DNA of 58,561 nt, taken from NCBI GenBank assembly GCA_038882975.1, contig JAVZNE010000009.1, positions 1 to 58,561 of the forward strand, written 5' to 3'. Within the stretch, counting starts at the first letter, position 1. Each line of letters begins with the position of its first letter. Of the stretch, positions 54,135 through 58,561 are shown one piece after another. This DNA comes from Candidatus Bathyarchaeia archaeon (GTDB lineage Archaea; Thermoproteota; Bathyarchaeia; Bathyarchaeales; Bathycorpusculaceae). A model generated the notes under the pieces. That model saw only the letters and a program-made list of their open reading frames with translations. It did no database searches and was not told the origin of the DNA. The position numbers and the translations under genes were made by a program.

Positions 54135-54257
54135 GTCATATTTGTGGCTGCGAGATTTAACAAATACATTAGCCTTCTCTAGGTTTTCTGCCATTAAGAG
54201 AGAGAAAATAGGCTGAACTGCAATTCTATTTTCGCTGCCCCCTTCCCTCTAGCTTTT
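54135..54257 (-). repeat. Two CTAGAG-hairpin units (70 bp apart)
   Basis: - strand AAAAGCTAGAGGGAAGGGGG + GAAAATAG-N14-CTATTTTC; AAAACCTAGAGAAGG + GTATTTGT-N14-ACAAATATGAC (same arms as 18410-18442). Confidence 0.82.
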
Positions 54258-54311
54258 GAGAGTGTAATGTTTAAACCCAAATAATGTATCTAATTTGAGT
54301 GTGAAGTTGAA

Positions 54312-55019
54312 TTGCCAACCTTCTTAGAAATTGAAGGGAACATTGTCGAGGGAGTTTTTATGAAGCGGCTCACCCGTTTTTCGGCACAGGTGGAGGTTGG
54401 CGGGAAAATTTTTGAGTGCTTTTTGCCTAATCCCGGAAGGCTTAGCGAGCTGCTGTTTTCTGGCGTTAGGGTTGTCTTGAAAGAGGCGGCGATTGTCGGT
54501 TTCAGGAAGACTGTTTATGACCTTGTAGGCGTTTATCATGGTGGCAGAGTGGTTTCCGTTGATGCCCGCATACCCAACAAGCTTGTTTTTGAAGCTTTGA
54601 AGAACGGCGACTTGCCGGAGTTTCTTGGCTACACGGTTATCAAGCCTGAACACTCTTATGGGCGTGCAAAGTTTGACTTTCTAATTGATGGTTTTGGGAT
54701 GAAGCCTTGTCTTTTGGAGGTTAAGTCCTGCACCCTTGTCCGTGATGGAGTTGCAATGTTTCCAGACGCCCCAACAGAGAGGGGTGAGCGTCACGTTTTA
54801 GAGCTTATTAAAGCCTTAAAGGATGGTTATAGGACTGCTGTTCTTTTCATTATTCAAAGAGACGACGCCTACAAGTTTACAGCGAATGATGAAACAGACC
54901 CAAAATTTGGGAGGGCTCTCCGAGAAGCCCATAAGCGTGGAGTGGAGGTTTACGCCTACTCAGCGAGTTTTATTAAAAATAGGGTGTGGCTGAACGGGAA
55001 AGTTGAGGTCGTGCTTTAG
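54312..55019 (+). CDS. sfsA: DNA/RNA nuclease SfsA
   Basis: NPGRL.EL, LEVKSCTL, FPDAPT.RG.RH. Confidence 0.92.
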   Translation: MPTFLEIEGNIVEGVFMKRLTRFSAQVEVGGKIFECFLPNPGRLSELLFSGVRVVLKEAAIVGFRKTVYDLVGVYHGGRVVSVDARIPNKLVFEALKNGDLPEFLGYTVIKPEHSYGRAKFDFLIDGFGMKPCLLEVKSCTLVRDGVAMFPDAPTERGERHVLELIKALKDGYRTAVLFIIQRDDAYKFTANDETDPKFGRALREAHKRGVEVYAYSASFIKNRVWLNGKVEVVL

Positions 55020-55107
55020 CTATGTTAATTTGAGCCGCAGAAAAGGGAAATTATAAAAATGGGTTTGCATGAGAACATTTAACTCAAATTTGATGGAGAT
55101 GGCGTGG

Positions 55108-55722
55108 ATGGCTGGGGCTGTGCAGAGAAAGTTTGTGGCTGTTGACCCAGCAAAGTGCACGGGCTGCAGCCTATGTGAGTATGTATGTGTTTTAGAAAAG
55201 AATGAGCCTTTATGGAATCCTTTAAGGTCTAGGATTAGGGTTATACGCCTAACACCAGCCTTTAACCTGGCTTTGACATGCCGTTTCTGCGAGAATGCTC
55301 CCTGTGTTAGGGCTTGTCCAAGAAAAGCCTTAACCCAGTCTGAGGAGGGCTTCATCCTCGTTGATGAGGCTAAATGCGACCGCTGCGGCTGGTGTATTCA
55401 GGCTTGCCCGTACGGTGGGATTTCGCTTCATCCGGACAAGACTTCTGTTTTGGTCTGCGACTTATGCAAAGACAAGCCAGAAGGACCCCAATGCGTGGAG
55501 TTCTGTCCAGAAGAAGCCCTAGAACTTGTGAGTGGAGATGATGTTGTGACTAAGAAGTGGTTGACTGCCATGGAGAAGATACCGGCAAACATTGAGAAGT
55601 TGACAAATCTTGTTAAGAGGCGGGAGTGGGCTGTCCTATTTGAGGAAGCCGAAGATAGGGCTAAGAGGCTTTCAGAAAAGCTTGAGGCAATAAACAAAAA
55701 GTGGGGCTACAAGCTAAAATAG
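55108..55722 (+). CDS. 4Fe-4S multicluster protein (DmsB/CooF-like) with C-terminal helical extension
   Basis: CTGCSLCEYVC, CRFCENAPC..ACP, CDRCGWCIQACP, CDLC...PQCVEFCP. Confidence 0.88.
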   Translation: MAGAVQRKFVAVDPAKCTGCSLCEYVCVLEKNEPLWNPLRSRIRVIRLTPAFNLALTCRFCENAPCVRACPRKALTQSEEGFILVDEAKCDRCGWCIQACPYGGISLHPDKTSVLVCDLCKDKPEGPQCVEFCPEEALELVSGDDVVTKKWLTAMEKIPANIEKLTNLVKRREWAVLFEEAEDRAKRLSEKLEAINKKWGYKLK

Positions 55723-55729
55723 CTCTGAG

Positions 55730-56080
55730 CTAGCGTTTGCCTTCGCAGTCAAAGCATAAATCGCTTTCACGGTTTGTCCAGAAGATTTTGCCGCATCGCT
55801 TGCATGTTGTTTTCCGCAGTAAGCCTTTCTCCTCTGTTTTTGTTTGTGTGAGGGCGAACTGGGATTTTGGGAAGGTTATGGCTTTTTTGTGGCATAGGGG
55901 TTCGCATGCAGTGCAGCCATTAACACATTTGTGGGGGTTGGCTACGACTGCCTTACCTTCTATGAAGGCGAATACGCCGTTTGGACAGTATTCTACACAG
56001 CGAGGCTTACCAAAAGGTGCACAGCCATCACATTTTTCTGGGAAGACTGTCGGATACCATGGGGTGCAAGCCCTAGCCAT
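55730..56080 (-). CDS. Ferredoxin with C-terminal zinc-ribbon-like module
   Basis: CDGC...CVEYCP, CVNGCTACEPLC; tail CKRCGK.F.TN...CFDC. Confidence 0.82.
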   Translation of the reverse strand: MARACTPWYPTVFPEKCDGCAPFGKPRCVEYCPNGVFAFIEGKAVVANPHKCVNGCTACEPLCHKKAITFPKSQFALTQTKTEEKGLLRKTTCKRCGKIFWTNRESDLCFDCEGKR

Positions 56081-56090
56081 AGGTGGCTTT

Positions 56091-56285
56091 TCACCTTTTC
56101 ATGCTCTTGCGGCAGTCATAGCAGTATTCCGTTTCAAAGTTTGTTAGGAAGGTTTTGCCGCAGCCCTTGCAACGCACTTCTTTGAGCATGCCGTCTTTTA
56201 TTGGCTGGACAGCTTTTAGGGATTCTGCTGCTTCTTGGGCGCATGGGCAGGGGCGTTTTACTCCGAAATCGTTTTGGCTTGTCAT
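56091..56285 (-). CDS. Small Cys-rich zinc-ribbon protein
   Basis: MTSQ...CPC...CKGCGKTFLTN...CYDC; ATG 56285 directly after the permease stop. Confidence 0.72.
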   Translation of the reverse strand: MTSQNDFGVKRPCPCAQEAAESLKAVQPIKDGMLKEVRCKGCGKTFLTNFETEYCYDCRKSMKR

Positions 56286-56287
56286 GG

Positions 56288-57346
56288 CTATAGATGCCCG
56301 CTTAAAACTCCGTATAGTAGTCCAAAGGTTACGCTTCCAGCCCAGGCAATCACCACGTATGTGGCTACAACCTTCCATTTGGCTATTCTTGAAACAGCCA
56401 TGGCGTTGGCAAAATCATAGGGCTGCCCCATAAGCCAACTTAGCAAAGCGCCTTTTGACATGCCCTTACTCCATAACTCTTGCCCCAATGCAATTTCAAC
56501 AAGGGTTGGCGTATACAATGGACCGCCGATAACCGACGCTATCAAAACGCCAGTAACACCCGTCAAATATGCTTCAACAATCTCCTCCGGGATGAGCGCT
56601 GAAAGATAGCCCACCACTACAAGCCCTATGATGAAGAATGGAAGAATCTGTTTTGCCAAGTACCCCGCAAATTTAAGCGCTGCCCAAAGCCTCTCGTCTA
56701 AAGGCGGCTTAACAATTTCTACCTTCGCCGAAACCGCAGCGGAATTGGCTACTTGAAACTCTTTTTCGATGGCTTTGCCCCACGGCGTTTTGGAAATGAT
56801 TAAACCTGCAATTAGGGCTACAGCTGCGGACACTATTATGCGCACTCCGGCTATTTCCCATGAAATCATTTCGCCAGTCATTAGAATTGTTAAGATGTTT
56901 GCCGCTGGTGCCATCAGAAGGAATGTAATTGCGGGCCCTATTCCGGCCCCAGCGTATAAGACTCCGCCGAAAAGTGGAACCATTGTGCATGAACAAACGG
57001 TTAGGAAAGGCGCCATTCCAAGAGCCAATCCGTATCCGACAGCTTTTCCCCTTCCCATATATTTTGTTATCGTTTCCTTTGGTACAAACTCGTAGATTAG
57101 TCCGGCGACGCTGAACGCGAAGAGGAGGCATATCCAGGCATGGCTGAAATAGTCGGCGATATATAGCGCTGGAATGGCTAAGTATACGAGCGGTGTTTCC
57201 CATAAGCCCAACGCGTCCAGTTTGTCCTTGAAAGTTTCCTTTGTAGGCCTAGCTGTGACTCGACTATAGATTAGTAAGCCTATAACTATGATAAAGAAGG
57301 CTAGCAGAATGCTGGTTCTAATAGCCCTCTTAGTTTTTTCTTCCAT
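56288..57346 (-). CDS. ArsP/DUF318 family permease
   Basis: PFLTVCSCTMVP, ITFLLMAPAAN, GGPLY; ArsR/thioredoxin context. Confidence 0.85.
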   Translation of the reverse strand: MEEKTKRAIRTSILLAFFIIVIGLLIYSRVTARPTKETFKDKLDALGLWETPLVYLAIPALYIADYFSHAWICLLFAFSVAGLIYEFVPKETITKYMGRGKAVGYGLALGMAPFLTVCSCTMVPLFGGVLYAGAGIGPAITFLLMAPAANILTILMTGEMISWEIAGVRIIVSAAVALIAGLIISKTPWGKAIEKEFQVANSAAVSAKVEIVKPPLDERLWAALKFAGYLAKQILPFFIIGLVVVGYLSALIPEEIVEAYLTGVTGVLIASVIGGPLYTPTLVEIALGQELWSKGMSKGALLSWLMGQPYDFANAMAVSRIAKWKVVATYVVIAWAGSVTFGLLYGVLSGHL

Positions 57347-57362
57347 AATATTTTTCGCCCTT

Positions 57363-57635
57363 TTACTTGGCTGCTTCCATTATCAGCTTTTCAACTTCTT
57401 CCGAGCTTGGAACCCGCCCAATGATTTTTACTGTGTTGTTTATGGCTATGGCTGGCGAAACCAATACGCCGTATTTTTGAACTATTTCCTTTGATATTAT
57501 GTTGGCTTTTTCAATGTTCACCATAACGCCAGCCTGCCTAAGCTTTTCAGCAGCTTTTTCCACGGCCTTTTTTGCTGCTTGGCACCGCATGCATGGCGGT
57601 TCCGGTCCGATGACTTCTACTTTGACTTCTTTCAT
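57363..57635 (-). CDS. Small thioredoxin-fold redox protein
   Basis: EVIGPEPPCMRC, YGVLVSPAI, GRVPS; ATG 57635. Confidence 0.87.
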   Translation of the reverse strand: MKEVKVEVIGPEPPCMRCQAAKKAVEKAAEKLRQAGVMVNIEKANIISKEIVQKYGVLVSPAIAINNTVKIIGRVPSSEEVEKLIMEAAK

Positions 57636-57720
57636 GCCCTTTTTCACCTTGTAGAGTGAGGTGAGAATATAGCAATATTTAAATATTGTTATAGAGTTTG
57701 CTTTAAACGTGCATCCAACA

Positions 57721-58032
57721 ATGAAAAACATTGACAAGTTTAGGGCTAAGGTCTTCAACGCGCTTGCAGACCCTGTTAGGCTTAAGATTCTCGAGTTCCT
57801 GCGTGGTGGCGAGCGATGTGTCTGCGAAATCGTTCCCTATGTGGGTATAGCTCAGCCGCTGGTTTCTAGGCACTTGGCAATCTTAAAGCGGTGCGGGCTT
57901 GTGAAGGACAGAAAAGAGGGAAACAAGCGGTTCTACTCGGTGACTAGTCCGGCTGTTTTCAGAGTGATTGATGCCGTTGACGCAGGTTTTGTGGATGCAC
58001 TTGTGAGGCACGTTGTTGAGCAAATAGTTTAG
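57721..58032 (+). CDS. arsR: ArsR/SmtB family regulator
   Basis: FNALADPVRLKI, ERCVCEI metal-binding box, VSRHLAIL. Confidence 0.9.
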   Translation: MKNIDKFRAKVFNALADPVRLKILEFLRGGERCVCEIVPYVGIAQPLVSRHLAILKRCGLVKDRKEGNKRFYSVTSPAVFRVIDAVDAGFVDALVRHVVEQIV

Positions 58033-58038
58033 GGAAAG

Positions 58039-58311
58039 GTGAAACCCGAAATGGTTGTGAAGGTTGAAACTTTCATGGCTGAACCGCCATGTGCGGGCTG
58101 CCTAAAACTCTTGGAGTATGCGGATTTGATTAAGGCGAAGTATGGCGACAGAGTAGAAGTGATAAAGCATATTGGACCATGCGAAGAGTTCGGCAAATAC
58201 GGCTTAACAGTGGTGCCAGCCATAGTCTTCAACGAAGGAAAAATTAAGATTATGGGAGTTTGTCCAAGCATGCAAACTATTGAAGCAGCGCTTAAAGAAA
58301 TGGGGGTATAG
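58039..58311 (+). CDS. Small thioredoxin-fold protein
   Basis: AEPPCAGC, YGLTVVPAI, GVCPS. Confidence 0.85.
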   Translation: MKPEMVVKVETFMAEPPCAGCLKLLEYADLIKAKYGDRVEVIKHIGPCEEFGKYGLTVVPAIVFNEGKIKIMGVCPSMQTIEAALKEMGV

Positions 58312-58314
58312 AAC

Positions 58315-58561
58315 ATGCCGGTAAAAGTTGAAGTTTTCACTTCTGAACCACCATGCTCCGGCGGAAGACTGCTCCTCAAACTCGTAGAGAAAATCAAAGA
58401 GGAGTACAAGAACAAAATTGAAATTGAAATCTACCGCGGAATGAATCCAAAACTGGGCGAGTATGGCATAAACGCGAGTCCGGCCGTAGTCATTGACAAG
58501 GACATACGAATAATTGGCGTTTGCCCAAGCGAGGAAACCTTCAAAGAAGCATTAAGAGAGG
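58315..58561 (+). CDS. Small thioredoxin-fold protein, CxxG variant (truncated by the window end)
   Basis: Hand translation MPVKVEVFTSEPPCSGG...YGINASPAVVID...IGVCPSEE. Confidence 0.82.
   Translation, partial: MPVKVEVFTSEPPCSGGRLLLKLVEKIKEEYKNKIEIEIYRGMNPKLGEYGINASPAVVIDKDIRIIGVCPSEETFKEALRE

Noticed and set aside
629-58415. Numerous short antisense or overlapping ORFs in the six-frame track
   Set aside because: Nested within or opposite well-supported genes and lacking motifs; treated as shadow ORFs
57363-58561. Selenocysteine (CxxU) thioredoxins
   Set aside because: No in-frame TGA at the active sites; codons read Cys or Gly

Overview
Archaeal chromosomal window. It is most likely TACK/Bathyarchaeia-like; this is an inference from gene content (dph5, ribK/ribL, pantoate kinase, short XPF, Fae, LipS1/LipS2, BHB-intron tRNA). 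The left end is a tRNA integration hotspot: tRNA-Pro(GGG) whose 3' half reads in frame into a partial tyrosine-integrase-like ORF, an integrase C-terminal remnant, a C45 peptidase, and tRNA-Lys(CTT) with a 30/31 intron. The rest holds flavin and CoA genes, a 9-gene type IV pilus locus with two tandem major pilins, LipS1/LipS2, an acyl-CoA/IOR catabolic block, a DapA-like aldolase fused to formaldehyde-activating enzyme, a PadR/GGR/atypical prenyltransferase/MFS island and an ArsR/ArsP/thioredoxin cluster. The most unusual signals are: (1) a dispersed ~60-70 bp element (CTAGAGRGAGGG head plus a covarying hairpin) in at least 9 copies at four intergenic loci; (2) the aldolase-Fae fusion lacking the DHDPS arginine; (3) a palindromic operator at a fixed distance from the TATA box, shared by two pilus promoters and the prenyltransferase-island MFS gene; (4) a 20 bp inverted copy of the tRNA-Pro T-arm inside the integrase frame. 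All calls were made by eye, without database searches.
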